61,190 nucleotides of DNA from a virus (IMGVR_UViG_3300009001_000002:1-61190); one strand, 5' to 3'. Positions 1 through 9,088 are shown, counted from the stretch's first letter. A program made the numbers and translations. Notes: a model not told the origin generated them from the letters alone.

Positions 1-123
1 AAAGCAATTGAGTTAATGAGTGATAGTGAATTAAAAGATTATCGGGATAAGCAACTATTAGACTATGAGGACGTATTTTGGTCTAAAGAGGAATTAAAAA
101 ACTTTATAATAGATTTACTATGA
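1..123. repeat. 123-bp terminal direct repeat, left copy (circular-assembly overlap)
   Basis: 1-123 is identical to 61068-61190; it encodes the 3' end of the last ORF, whose TGA overlaps the ATG at 120 (ATGA). Confidence 0.95.
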
Positions 124-671
124 ACGGAATATTAATTGTAGAAGGGCCAGATGGTGCTGGTAAGACTACATTAATAAATCAACTTAGAGAACACTGGTTA
201 TTTAAAACTCGCTATATGCATCTTCGAGTGCATAAAGAAATGGAAAAGTGGCATTGCGCTACTGCGAGAAGAGCCATTCGATTATCAAAAGATTATCTTG
301 TTATACTAGATCGACACTGGCCGAGTGAACAAATCTATTCTTATGAACGATCACCTGGTCCAAGCTACGACCCTACGAATATGGTTGATTGGCTAAAGAG
401 TCATGGAGCAATCTATATATGGGCTATACCAGAAGATTATGAAAGATTAATTGAAGAACATAAAACTAGAAGAGAAGAAAGACACGAAGAGTACCACGAT
501 ATATCTAAAGTTGTTAAAAGATATTACGATCACTGGTACGGTACTTATGAAGGACCAGATAATTATTTAAAGAAGATACAACCATTAAATAAAAGAGATG
601 ACTTCATACGATACGATCGGTTTACTGATAAAGATATTTTAGATAAAATAATAGATAGATTAAGACCATAG
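120..671 (+). CDS. P-loop dNMP kinase (thymidylate-kinase-like)
   Basis: IVEGPDGAGKTT Walker A and ILDRHW (DR) motif; adjacent to the TS homologue. Confidence 0.8.
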   Translation: MNGILIVEGPDGAGKTTLINQLREHWLFKTRYMHLRVHKEMEKWHCATARRAIRLSKDYLVILDRHWPSEQIYSYERSPGPSYDPTNMVDWLKSHGAIYIWAIPEDYERLIEEHKTRREERHEEYHDISKVVKRYYDHWYGTYEGPDNYLKKIQPLNKRDDFIRYDRFTDKDILDKIIDRLRP

Positions 672-684
672 AAAGGAAGAAAGA

Positions 685-1464
685 ATGCCTATGAATCATG
701 CTAATGAAGTTTATCGCAATCTAATTGATGAAGTAGAAGATAGAGGATTCGGAGCAAACCCTCGTGGTATGTTTACGAAAGAGATTATCGGACACACGAC
801 TAGATGCGATATGAGTTCACCTATCGTTACGATACCAGAAAGAGAACTTGGATATAAGTTCATGTTCGCTGAAGCACACTGGATATTATCAGGTGATAAT
901 CGAGTATCGACAATTAAACCTTACTCTAACGTTATTAAAAGATTTAGTGATGACGGAGTATTTTATTTCGGAGCCTACGGCCCTAAGATCGTAGATCAAT
1001 TACCTTATATCTGTAAAGCTTTAAGTGATGATATAGATACTCGTCAAGCTTGTATTAATATATGGAGAGAGAAACCACCGGTATCGAAAGACGTACCTTG
1101 CACGTTATCTTTACAGTTCTTAGTTCGCAGAGATACTTTATATGTTATTGCGAATATGAGAAGTAATGATATATGGCTCGGTTGGCCTTACGATAACTTT
1201 AACTTTAGTATGATTGGCTTATCTGTCTGTCTTTTAATGAAAGAAATTCATGGTAAAGATCTTAAATTAGGAATGCTTACTAATAATGCTGGTAGTAGAC
1301 ATCTTTATAAAGAGAACTTTGAAAAGGCTTTTAAAGTTGTGGATTCTGAAGAAATAGGAAAATCTTATCCTACTTTTAAACCTGAGAACTTTAACAGCTT
1401 CGAAGATTTAAAGTATCGTTTACACGCATGGAAAGATAATCCTGATGAATTTTTTACAGCATAG
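685..1464 (+). CDS. Thymidylate-synthase-family enzyme, probably a dCMP hydroxymethylase/methylase/hydroxylase
   Basis: DTRQA, VPC catalytic Cys139, MRSNDIWLGWPYD with Asp170 where dUMP-specific ThyA has Asn; HLY motif. Confidence 0.8.
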   Translation: MPMNHANEVYRNLIDEVEDRGFGANPRGMFTKEIIGHTTRCDMSSPIVTIPERELGYKFMFAEAHWILSGDNRVSTIKPYSNVIKRFSDDGVFYFGAYGPKIVDQLPYICKALSDDIDTRQACINIWREKPPVSKDVPCTLSLQFLVRRDTLYVIANMRSNDIWLGWPYDNFNFSMIGLSVCLLMKEIHGKDLKLGMLTNNAGSRHLYKENFEKAFKVVDSEEIGKSYPTFKPENFNSFEDLKYRLHAWKDNPDEFFTA

Positions 1465-1906
1465 ACCTTCGAAAGATGAATACTTTATGGATATGGCACT
1501 TCTTGTGTCAGAGAGAAGTACGTGTCTTAGAAGAAAAGTTGGTGCTGTTTTAATTAATAAAAGAAAACATGTTCTTGCTACAGGGTATAATGGTGTGGCA
1601 TCAGGGCAACCTCATTGTTTAGATATACCATGCATTGGTGCTAACTCAGCATCAGGAACTGATTTAGATTTATGTGAAGCTGTTCATGCGGAACAGAACG
1701 CATTACTTCAGTGTAGAAATGTGTTTGAAATCGATACTTGCTACGTTACAGTATCTCCTTGCATGACGTGTACTAAGTTATTATTAAATACGAGTTGTCA
1801 GACTATTATCTTTGAAGAAGATTACGTTGATCAGAAAGCAAGACTATTATGGGAACGACACGATAGAAAGTGGGTAAGGATTGACGGATCTTTTCAAACC
1901 CACTAG
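1445..1906 (+). CDS. dCMP deaminase
   Basis: RSTCLRRKVGA, TGYNG, HAEQNA and SPCMTC zinc motifs. Confidence 0.92.
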   Translation: MNFLQHRPSKDEYFMDMALLVSERSTCLRRKVGAVLINKRKHVLATGYNGVASGQPHCLDIPCIGANSASGTDLDLCEAVHAEQNALLQCRNVFEIDTCYVTVSPCMTCTKLLLNTSCQTIIFEEDYVDQKARLLWERHDRKWVRIDGSFQTH

Positions 1907-3743
1907 CAATTGGACACCTCCTACAGTACTTCCTGATCTCTCTCCCTCTAAAATAATCGGAGTTGATTTAGAAACATTCGACCCAGGCTTAAAGAAGTAT
2001 GGACCTGGAAGCATCAGAAAAGATGGTCAAGTTGCAGGAATCAGTGTAGCAGGAGATAATGGTAAAGGTTATTACCTTCCTATCGCACATCAAGATGGTG
2101 GCAATCTTCCTAAACCTTTAGTTATAAATTACTTAAAAGAATTACTTGCGACTGATACTCCGAAAGTATTTGCGAATGCTTTATACGATTTAGAATGGCT
2201 TCATAACTTAGGAATTAAAGTTAATGGTAAATGCTATGACGTTCAATTACTAGAACATCTTATAGATGAAAATCAGAAAGATTATTCATTACAAGCTTTA
2301 GGAAAAAAGTATGTCGGTGACGGTAAAGATGAAACTTTATTAACTGACGCTGTTCGAGCACACTTCGGAAAGAAAGATGTTAAGGGAAATATATGGCGCC
2401 TTCATAGTAGTTATGTAGGACCGTATGCGGAACAGGATGCGATACTTCCTGTAAAGATTATTAAGGAACAGTGGAAACAGATAAAGCAACAAGAACTAGA
2501 AAGAATTGTAAGATTAGAAACAAACTTAACTCCGATGCTTTTATCTATGAGAGTACAGGGAGTGAGTGTAGATTTAGATAACGCAGAGAAAGTATCGAAA
2601 AGATTAGAACTACAGGAACATGAAGCAAAAGATATTTTAAATAAGAAATCAGGGATTGACTGTAACGTATGGGCAAATGAAAGTTTAGGAAGAGCCTACG
2701 ATAATTGTAGTATTCCTTACGGTCGTACTCCTACAGGAAAGCCTAGCTTTACTCAAGTCTTTCTTGATCAAGCTGAAGATGAATTATCAAGCTTAGTATT
2801 AAAAGTCAGGAAACTAAATAAGCTACGCACGACATTTATTCATGGCATGATTTTAGAGAAACATGTAAACGGAAGAGTGCATTGTCAATTCAATGCGAGA
2901 GGAGCAGTAACAGGAAGATTTAGTTCAAGTAACCCGAATCTACAGCAAGTACCTGCTCGTGATGAAGAACTGTCTAAATTAATACGAGGCCTCTTTTTGC
3001 CAGAGCAAGATCAGAAATGGTACTGTATTGACTACGCACAACAAGAGCCGAGATTATTAGTTCACTTTGCGTCAAGATTAAAATTACCAGAAAGTATTAC
3101 TGCGTTATCAGCTTATAAGACTGATGAGAAAACTGACTTCCATACGATGGTCGCATCGATGGCAGGAATAAAAAGAAAGCAAGCTAAGACGATTAACTTA
3201 GGACTATTCTATGGTATGGGTAAAAAGAAATTAGCAAGTCAGTTAGGACTTGAATGGAATGAAGCAGAATCTTTATTTAAGAAATATCATACACGTGTTC
3301 CTTTCGTGAGAGGTCTATACGATAGAATGTTAAACTATGCAAGTAAGAGTGGTTACATAAAAACTTTACTCGGTCGCAAACGACACTTCGATCTATGGGA
3401 AGATGCTACTGACTTCGGAAGCATGGGTCATCCATTAGAACGAGCAAAAGAAATTTATAAAGGAAAACCGTTAAGACGTGCTTATACGCATAAAGCATTA
3501 AATTCTTTAATACAAGGAAGTGCTGCTGACGTAACGAAAGCGGCCATGCTAAAAGTCTATGAAGCAGGACTATTGACGCCTTTATTAACAGTTCATGATG
3601 AACTCGATTTCTCAATACCGCAAGATAGTAAGGGTTTCGAGCAGTTGAAAGAGATCGTGCATGAAATGAAGAACTGCGTTGACCTGGACCTACCTCTCCA
3701 GGTTGACGTAGAATCAGGGAAAGATTGGGGTAACATTGAGTGA
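1881..3743 (+). CDS. polA: DNA polymerase family A with 3'-5' exonuclease
   Basis: DLET exonuclease motif, TGRFSSSNPNLQQVP, DYAQQEPR (motif A), KTINLGLFYG (motif B), VHDEL (motif C); TTG start. Confidence 0.95.
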   Translation: MTDLFKPTSNWTPPTVLPDLSPSKIIGVDLETFDPGLKKYGPGSIRKDGQVAGISVAGDNGKGYYLPIAHQDGGNLPKPLVINYLKELLATDTPKVFANALYDLEWLHNLGIKVNGKCYDVQLLEHLIDENQKDYSLQALGKKYVGDGKDETLLTDAVRAHFGKKDVKGNIWRLHSSYVGPYAEQDAILPVKIIKEQWKQIKQQELERIVRLETNLTPMLLSMRVQGVSVDLDNAEKVSKRLELQEHEAKDILNKKSGIDCNVWANESLGRAYDNCSIPYGRTPTGKPSFTQVFLDQAEDELSSLVLKVRKLNKLRTTFIHGMILEKHVNGRVHCQFNARGAVTGRFSSSNPNLQQVPARDEELSKLIRGLFLPEQDQKWYCIDYAQQEPRLLVHFASRLKLPESITALSAYKTDEKTDFHTMVASMAGIKRKQAKTINLGLFYGMGKKKLASQLGLEWNEAESLFKKYHTRVPFVRGLYDRMLNYASKSGYIKTLLGRKRHFDLWEDATDFGSMGHPLERAKEIYKGKPLRRAYTHKALNSLIQGSAADVTKAAMLKVYEAGLLTPLLTVHDELDFSIPQDSKGFEQLKEIVHEMKNCVDLDLPLQVDVESGKDWGNIE

Positions 3744-4137
3744 AGCGAATCTGTGGAATCTTACAAGAAAACATCTCAATGATTTCTTTTTACAACGAAT
3801 AGAAACAGCGATTGAAAGAGGTATTCCTGATCTCTTTTACTGTACGCCTGAAGGCGTTTGTGGCTGGATTGAAGGAAAGTATGCGGATAAACCCGTTCGA
3901 GAAACATCGAAAGTAAGACTCAAAGTATCAGTAGAACAGATGGCGTGGCATCGCTCTTTTTCTCGATTTAAAGGGCGTGTATATATCTTAGCTAAAGTTA
4001 GTAAAGAAATCTATTTATACCGGCCAGAAATGGCTGAAAAGCTGATTTCTGGCGTAGTTTATACTGATTTAAAGGGTCTATCAATAGCTTCCGATTGGGA
4101 TTCAATAAAAAAGGCCCTCTCCGAAGAGAAGGCCTAA
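3736..4137 (+). CDS. PD-(D/E)xK nuclease, VRR-NUC/resolvase-like
   Basis: GIPDL...WIEGK...EQMAWH; directly after polA. Confidence 0.75.
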   Translation: MSEANLWNLTRKHLNDFFLQRIETAIERGIPDLFYCTPEGVCGWIEGKYADKPVRETSKVRLKVSVEQMAWHRSFSRFKGRVYILAKVSKEIYLYRPEMAEKLISGVVYTDLKGLSIASDWDSIKKALSEEKA

Positions 4138-4267
4138 CGTCTTTTTACTTAAATCTAGGAGGACTTAATGTTCAAAAAGAAACTTTATTGTACTCAAATC
4201 TAAGATAATTGCGACAAAATTCTTTTCTTCGTATATAATAAATTTAAGATAAAGAAAGGAGAATCCA

Positions 4268-5029
4268 ATGGCCGATATTGAAGCTATTAAAAAGAAGATC
4301 GCAAAACTACTTGCGATGGCTAACGATTCAGGTGCTTCCGAAGCTGAAGCACAGATGGCTTTTGAAAAAGCACAGGAGTATCTTGCGGAGTATAATTTAA
4401 ACGCAGAAGATGTTACTAACGATTTAGAACATGAAGATATTACTGATGAAGCTTTTACAGAGCAAGTAAGAGAGAACTGGCAGATTAGTTTACGAACTGC
4501 TACTGCTCGTCTTTACTTTTGTAAATACTATTATTCTACAGGAGTGTTAGACGAGAACTACAAGAAAGCTACGGAACATAATTACGTAGGGAGACCGCAT
4601 AATATAGCGGTTGCAAAGTCGATGGTATCGTATCTTATTAATACGATCAAGAAACTAGGAGAAGAACATGTCGCTCCTATTGCCGGCGATAAACGTATGC
4701 TTAATGGTATTCGAAGAAACTTCGAACTAGGTTGTGCTTCTAAAGTTACATCGAGAGTAAACGAAAGATACCGAGAGATTGAATCACAAGATCCCGGGCA
4801 TTATCAAATTGCGGGAGAGAAAAGTAATCTTCCTGCTCTTTATAAATCAGAACTAGCTTTATGCCAAGATCACTTAAAGAATCAAGGCATTCATCTTACT
4901 ACTTCGAGAACAAAACGTAACGTCACGAATGGTATGGCTTATTCACGAGGTAGATCAGCGGGTGAGAAAGTATCACTAAATACACAGTTGAATAAGAGCA
5001 GTTCTCGTTATATGTTAGGGAATGGCTAA
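4268..5029 (+). CDS. DUF2786-type protein
   Basis: KIAKLLAMA...SEAEAQMAFEKAQEYLAEYNL N-terminus; AAAGGAG RBS. Confidence 0.7.
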   Translation: MADIEAIKKKIAKLLAMANDSGASEAEAQMAFEKAQEYLAEYNLNAEDVTNDLEHEDITDEAFTEQVRENWQISLRTATARLYFCKYYYSTGVLDENYKKATEHNYVGRPHNIAVAKSMVSYLINTIKKLGEEHVAPIAGDKRMLNGIRRNFELGCASKVTSRVNERYREIESQDPGHYQIAGEKSNLPALYKSELALCQDHLKNQGIHLTTSRTKRNVTNGMAYSRGRSAGEKVSLNTQLNKSSSRYMLGNG

Positions 5030-5282
5030 AATAGAAGATTGCGATATCGTTCATGTCATCTGGTGGGATGCGTTTGACGCATTAGGAGCCGGGTGGCATG
5101 AATGGGAAGATATCGATAAAAAAGCAGTCTTAGCTAAGTGTAATAGTGTTGGCTATTTATATAAGGAAGATGACGAAAAGATCGTGCTTGTAGGAGATGA
5201 AACCGGCGAGTTCGGTTCAAGAATCACGGTCATCCCGAAAGCATGGACGATTGAGATTAAGATATTGAAGGCAAAAAAATGA
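5022..5282 (+). CDS. Conserved phage hypothetical protein
   Basis: VIWWDA...W...SVGYL...IPKAW pattern; coupled to the upstream gene. Confidence 0.6.
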   Translation: MAKIEDCDIVHVIWWDAFDALGAGWHEWEDIDKKAVLAKCNSVGYLYKEDDEKIVLVGDETGEFGSRITVIPKAWTIEIKILKAKK

Positions 5283-5506
5283 AACAGACGTTTCCGTATC
5301 GTGTTAAGATCTATTATGAAAAAGATGGTAAGCTATTATCCATTGAATTACTTGAATATGACGATCTTGAATACACGAATATTGGAAAAATAATGCAGAG
5401 AATGGAAGATAAAATAGGGGTTGATGTTATTAAAAACATTCTCGTTACGCCCGATGTCCCTAATTTAACGACTTTCGGTCATCAAACGTCTTTAACGATT
5501 CATTAA
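5279..5506 (+). CDS. Hypothetical protein
   Basis: ATGA overlap with the previous ORF. Confidence 0.55.
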   Translation: MKQTFPYRVKIYYEKDGKLLSIELLEYDDLEYTNIGKIMQRMEDKIGVDVIKNILVTPDVPNLTTFGHQTSLTIH

Positions 5507-5564
5507 CTGTTTAGACTGTTTCATTAAGTAAATATACTTTAGAATTAAGAAAGGAATAACAGAG

Positions 5565-5843
5565 ATGAAAATACGATATGCGCAACTTACTTTATTGGAG
5601 TTTATTAACCAATGGAGTTTACAGCACCACGACCATGGCTACGATCAATCATGTTTTAAAGATTTAGAGAAAGACATGAACTTTCCTGTAAAAGAAATAC
5701 AAGAGGTAAAGAATCGAGAAGATGTAAAGTTCGTCACGTTTTTATTAGATGATGAAGGAACACATGCGAATCTATATATGAGAGACACTGATTTAAATGC
5801 TCTTCCAATCTTTGATACGGGAGAAAGCATCACGCTTCATTAA
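5565..5843 (+). CDS. Hypothetical protein
   Basis: AAAGGAA RBS and promoter-like upstream sequence. Confidence 0.6.
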   Translation: MKIRYAQLTLLEFINQWSLQHHDHGYDQSCFKDLEKDMNFPVKEIQEVKNREDVKFVTFLLDDEGTHANLYMRDTDLNALPIFDTGESITLH

Positions 5844-5846
5844 TGA

Positions 5847-6050
5847 ATGAAATTCTTTTTGGTAGGATGGGTTTGTCTCGGGCTAGGTATTGATCAGCAG
5901 TGTGTCAGAATGGGATCTGAAGTAATACATGAATCGTATGATCAGTGTAATCAATACTACCAAGCCATAACTCGAGACCTAGAGGACCTTGATACAGTAA
6001 CATTAAAATTTACTTGCGTTCAAGCAGGGTTGATTGAAGATATATTATAA
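5847..6050 (+). CDS. Small Cys-containing, possibly exported protein
   Basis: Hydrophobic N-terminus and 4 Cys. Confidence 0.5.
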   Translation: MKFFLVGWVCLGLGIDQQCVRMGSEVIHESYDQCNQYYQAITRDLEDLDTVTLKFTCVQAGLIEDIL

Positions 6051-6224
6051 GGTTCTTCTGATAAAGTTAGGAAATTTGCCTTCTTGCTTATACGTCATAT
6101 AAGCGGCATACCAATCTTTCTTGTATTCAGCTTGACAAAAATCTTTAATCGTTTCGTCTTGATCATCAGATTTAAAAAAGTTTAGAAAGTGATTCATTGC
6201 CTTGTTTGTTAAATTAAACATCAT
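6045..6224 (-). CDS. Unannotated 59-aa protein MMFNLTNKAMNHFLNFFKSDDQDETIKDFCQAEYKKDWYAAYMTYKQEGKFPNFIRRTL
   Basis: Translated by hand; strong AAGGAG RBS on the minus strand (6232-6237); just below the ORF-track cutoff. Confidence 0.7.
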   Translation of the reverse strand: MMFNLTNKAMNHFLNFFKSDDQDETIKDFCQAEYKKDWYAAYMTYKQEGKFPNFIRRTL

Positions 6225-6311
6225 ATTATTTCTCCTTATGCGATTCTTATATTTAGGTTGATCGCTAAAGAAAATTGTTTATTTTGCACAGCAGATATAT
6301 TATTTTTGAAT

Positions 6312-6413
6312 TGGCGGCATTTAAATTAACAATTAAAATCCGTGTATATATAGCAAAAATCGCTAGTCACAGATGCCCTGCATCCTTTCAACAGTGATTA
6401 GTACGTGCCGCCA
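6312..6413. ncRNA. Candidate structured RNA or DNA element
   Basis: Nested stems TGGCGGCA/TGCCGCCA, CTAGTCAC/GTGATTAG and GATGC/GCATC in AT-rich intergenic DNA. Confidence 0.35.
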
Positions 6414-6475
6414 CTTAAAGATTCTTGTATCTTATTCTTTAAATAAATTTTATTATAAATAAAAAGGAGAAAGTA

Positions 6476-6796
6476 ATGACGAATAAAAAAGCAGTGTACG
6501 TTATACAAGCAGACGATCAGGAAATTCCTAAAGCGATTGGCGATCAAAAACCCGATCTAAACGATCTTCAAGAACTTGTAGGTGGTTATATTCAAGTGCT
6601 CCCCGGTCGATTGAACGGTCGCTCTGTTTCATTAGTTATTAATGAAGAGGGTAAACTTTACGGTTTTCCTAAAAATGAACTGGCCACGAAGTTATGGTTA
6701 GATTTCTATAAATGGAAACACAATGCGAAAGATGAGGATTTCAACGGGGATTATCTCGCTGGCCCTACTGTCGTCTTAGAAGGTTATCGTTTATGA
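6476..6796 (+). CDS. DUF3846-like protein
   Basis: LQELVGGYIQ...INEEGKL...N.LAT...LAGP motif. Confidence 0.7.
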   Translation: MTNKKAVYVIQADDQEIPKAIGDQKPDLNDLQELVGGYIQVLPGRLNGRSVSLVINEEGKLYGFPKNELATKLWLDFYKWKHNAKDEDFNGDYLAGPTVVLEGYRL

Positions 6797-7128
6797 GCGG
6801 TAGAGAAAAAGCTTTAAGTGTTGCGAGGGATTATCTCTCGCATCACATTCAATCGGAAATGATCGATGTTCATTACTTCGATAACGACCTTACGATTGGT
6901 TGGGCTGAGGCGGAAGAAAAATACTATATGCGTATCGGTGAATTATCTACGCATTGGGGAACTGCGAAAGATATGCGTAAGTGGTTAGACACGATTGAAG
7001 ATCAAAGAATCATCAGCATGTTTTGTTATTTATTTAAAGATTGGGATTTAAATACATTTGAAATTATCCAAGAGATTTATGAAATGTATAGTGATCCTAA
7101 TAGAGAGGAAAATGATGGCAACAAATAG
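6793..7128 (+). CDS. Hypothetical early protein
   Basis: ATGA coupling. Confidence 0.55.
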   Translation: MSGREKALSVARDYLSHHIQSEMIDVHYFDNDLTIGWAEAEEKYYMRIGELSTHWGTAKDMRKWLDTIEDQRIISMFCYLFKDWDLNTFEIIQEIYEMYSDPNREENDGNK

Positions 7129-7402
7129 AAAAGATTATATGGTTAGCTATATGCGAGGCTATATGAGGAACAAGAAAGTCTATTACCTCAATGACATCAC
7201 GGATGCTTGCATGGAGAAAATTTTATATCACTGGCAGCGCCGTGCGGAAAAAGAAGGAATAGTCGGTAAGATCAGTAAAGGTTTAATATTGAATCATATC
7301 GTGCAAGACTATATGAAGAAATCGGTTCCTAATGGTACGGAATTTCTTTATAATAAAATAAAGGAGAAAGAAGATGCGAAAAGTAGAGATCAAGACAGTT
7401 GA
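7058..7402 (+). CDS. Hypothetical early protein (true start probably near 7112-7115)
   Basis: GAGGA RBS before MMATN. Confidence 0.5.
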   Translation: MKLSKRFMKCIVILIERKMMATNRKDYMVSYMRGYMRNKKVYYLNDITDACMEKILYHWQRRAEKEGIVGKISKGLILNHIVQDYMKKSVPNGTEFLYNKIKEKEDAKSRDQDS

Positions 7403-7583
7403 GTCAGTCGATACGAAGTTAATTATCAATCAACTCGAAGGTATCTTTCGTGCTCATGTTAATATTAGCACGGAGATAAACATGCTTCGAAATTCATTAA
7501 ATAAGATCATGTCGAATATTTATAAGGAGGTCGAGATTGGCGATAATAAAGAGAATACACATCAATCAAGCGATCATTCGTAG
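7374..7583 (+). CDS. Hypothetical early protein
   Basis: AAGGAGAAAG RBS. Confidence 0.55.
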   Translation: MRKVEIKTVESVDTKLIINQLEGIFRAHVNISTEINMLRNSLNKIMSNIYKEVEIGDNKENTHQSSDHS

Positions 7584-7818
7584 AAATCGTAAGACAGGGG
7601 AACGAGAGCCTTGCATCACGATTAAAGCGAGAGGTCGATCTATCTATGCTCATAACGTAGATATTATGGGCGAATCGGAAGTCATTTATTCACCCGATAA
7701 GCCTTTAGATTGCGGCGCTCAAGTATGGGTAGAAACGAAAGCACCCGTTTGGTATTTACCACCGGGCTATAAAAGCATGGTATTACTGGCAGAGAAAGGA
7801 GAAAGTAATTATGTATAG
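7537..7818 (+). CDS. Conserved phage hypothetical protein
   Basis: IHINQAIIRRN...YSPDKPLDCGAQVWVET; AAGGAGG RBS with TTG start. Confidence 0.6.
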   Translation: MAIIKRIHINQAIIRRNRKTGEREPCITIKARGRSIYAHNVDIMGESEVIYSPDKPLDCGAQVWVETKAPVWYLPPGYKSMVLLAEKGESNYV

Positions 7819-7901
7819 CTTTAAACATTTAGAAGAATGTCTTATTCGTAAGTACGGATGGGATCGAATTCCATGGTTCAAGAGTTGGAAGGAGGTCTAC
7901 A

Positions 7902-8246
7902 TTGTCAGACGAGTATAGCAAATATAGAAATATCGAGCATTGGGTCACTGATACGCAAGATAAACAGACGATTCGAGAAATCTGTAATCACGGTTGCGTT
8001 TCAGGTATCGTGAGTGAACTGATCTATTATAGCGACACGGTGAAGTTCTACGATGCTTTTGAGGACGAGATATGGAATCGATTAGATGCTGCAGCTACGA
8101 ATATCGGAAGTAGTGATATCATTTCATTTATCGGAACATATCTAGATACGAAACATATCGGAAGCTTAACACAATTCAAGAATGCTTTAGCTTGGTGGGC
8201 GGTCGAAGATACAGCAAACGATTTAGCAAATAGAGAGGAGATATAA
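7902..8246 (+). CDS. Conserved phage hypothetical protein
   Basis: HGCVSGIVSELIYYSDT...KNALAWWAVE; AAGGAGG RBS. Confidence 0.6.
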   Translation: MSDEYSKYRNIEHWVTDTQDKQTIREICNHGCVSGIVSELIYYSDTVKFYDAFEDEIWNRLDAAATNIGSSDIISFIGTYLDTKHIGSLTQFKNALAWWAVEDTANDLANREEI

Positions 8247-8605
8247 TGGACGATGTAGGAAGTAAAGGTTGGATTCAAGCTAGATTAGAACTAGCTGATG
8301 ACTATCTGACCAGTAACGATTGGGAGATCATCTTTAAAGCAGGAGATCTACTAGCCGATCCCGATGGTTTAATGAGAGTAGCCTCGAAAAAGCACGACAT
8401 GTATAAGTATTATGAATCATTATGTGGTATTTATAAGACTAAACAAGCGGATGTCTTTCGAAAAATCCGAGAAAGGCGAAAGCTTTTAGATGTTAAACAC
8501 ACGCTAAAGGTAATCGTAAAGGGTGGAATGGTTGAAGAGATTGAAAACCTTCCGAATTGGATGGATTACGTAGTAGAAGATCACGATATGGAGGGTTATA
8601 GATGA
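8246..8605 (+). CDS. Hypothetical protein
   Basis: GAGGAG RBS, TAATG coupling. Confidence 0.55.
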   Translation: MDDVGSKGWIQARLELADDYLTSNDWEIIFKAGDLLADPDGLMRVASKKHDMYKYYESLCGIYKTKQADVFRKIRERRKLLDVKHTLKVIVKGGMVEEIENLPNWMDYVVEDHDMEGYR

Positions 8606-8808
8606 AAGATCCAAGGGTCATCCAAGATAAAATATCACGCATTTATGATAAGCTACAGATCAATGAAAGATACAGATTTAGCCAAGAGGAGTTATCTTTG
8701 ATAAAAGAAGCTGCAATGCTTGATTTACTTACAAGTAGTCAGTTACGAGGCTTGATTTTAGTACTTTGTGACGAATACGTCATAAATCGTGATTATACTA
8801 GTGAATAA
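8602..8808 (+). CDS. Hypothetical protein
   Basis: GGAGG RBS, ATGA overlap. Confidence 0.5.
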   Translation: MKDPRVIQDKISRIYDKLQINERYRFSQEELSLIKEAAMLDLLTSSQLRGLILVLCDEYVINRDYTSE

Positions 8809-9017
8809 AAAAGCAATTTAGATTTTTATAAAAAGTGAAACGCAGAATGGCAATCCCTAATCCCAAGTGGTTACTTTTATTGTATATCAATAGGAATATA
8901 GGGATTACTATGAATTTTAGAGGCAATCCAGGTAATCCTACCGGAGGCAGTATTAACCCCTCTGAAGGTTTTTTATATTTATGAATTGGTCTCTATATAG
9001 TATAGAAAGGAATTTAA

Positions 9018-9080
9018 ATGGACTTAATAGCTTGGATAGTTGTAGCTATTGGAATTTATGTAGTAGTACATCTATCTTAA
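9018..9080 (+). CDS. Unannotated 20-aa hydrophobic peptide MDLIAWIVVAIGIYVVVHLS
   Basis: TAGAAAGGAA RBS; same length, MDLI start and gene context as 13785-13847. Confidence 0.55.
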   Translation: MDLIAWIVVAIGIYVVVHLS

Positions 9081-9088
9081 TAAACTTG

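Noticed and set aside
1-123. Terminal repeat as a biological direct terminal repeat
   Set aside because: It falls inside a coding, coupled gene junction and has k-mer-like length, so it is best explained as assembler overlap of a circular contig
685-1464. Labelling the gene thyA
   Set aside because: The specificity residue is Asp rather than Asn, and the context points to cytosine modification
3406-3774. Antisense ORF over polA and similar shadows (22237, 43765, 50803, 59547 and others)
   Set aside because: They overlap well-supported genes and lack RBS or recognisable motifs
6312-6413. tRNA gene
   Set aside because: No T-loop GTTCRA, D-loop or cloverleaf spacing on either strand; no tRNA was recognised elsewhere
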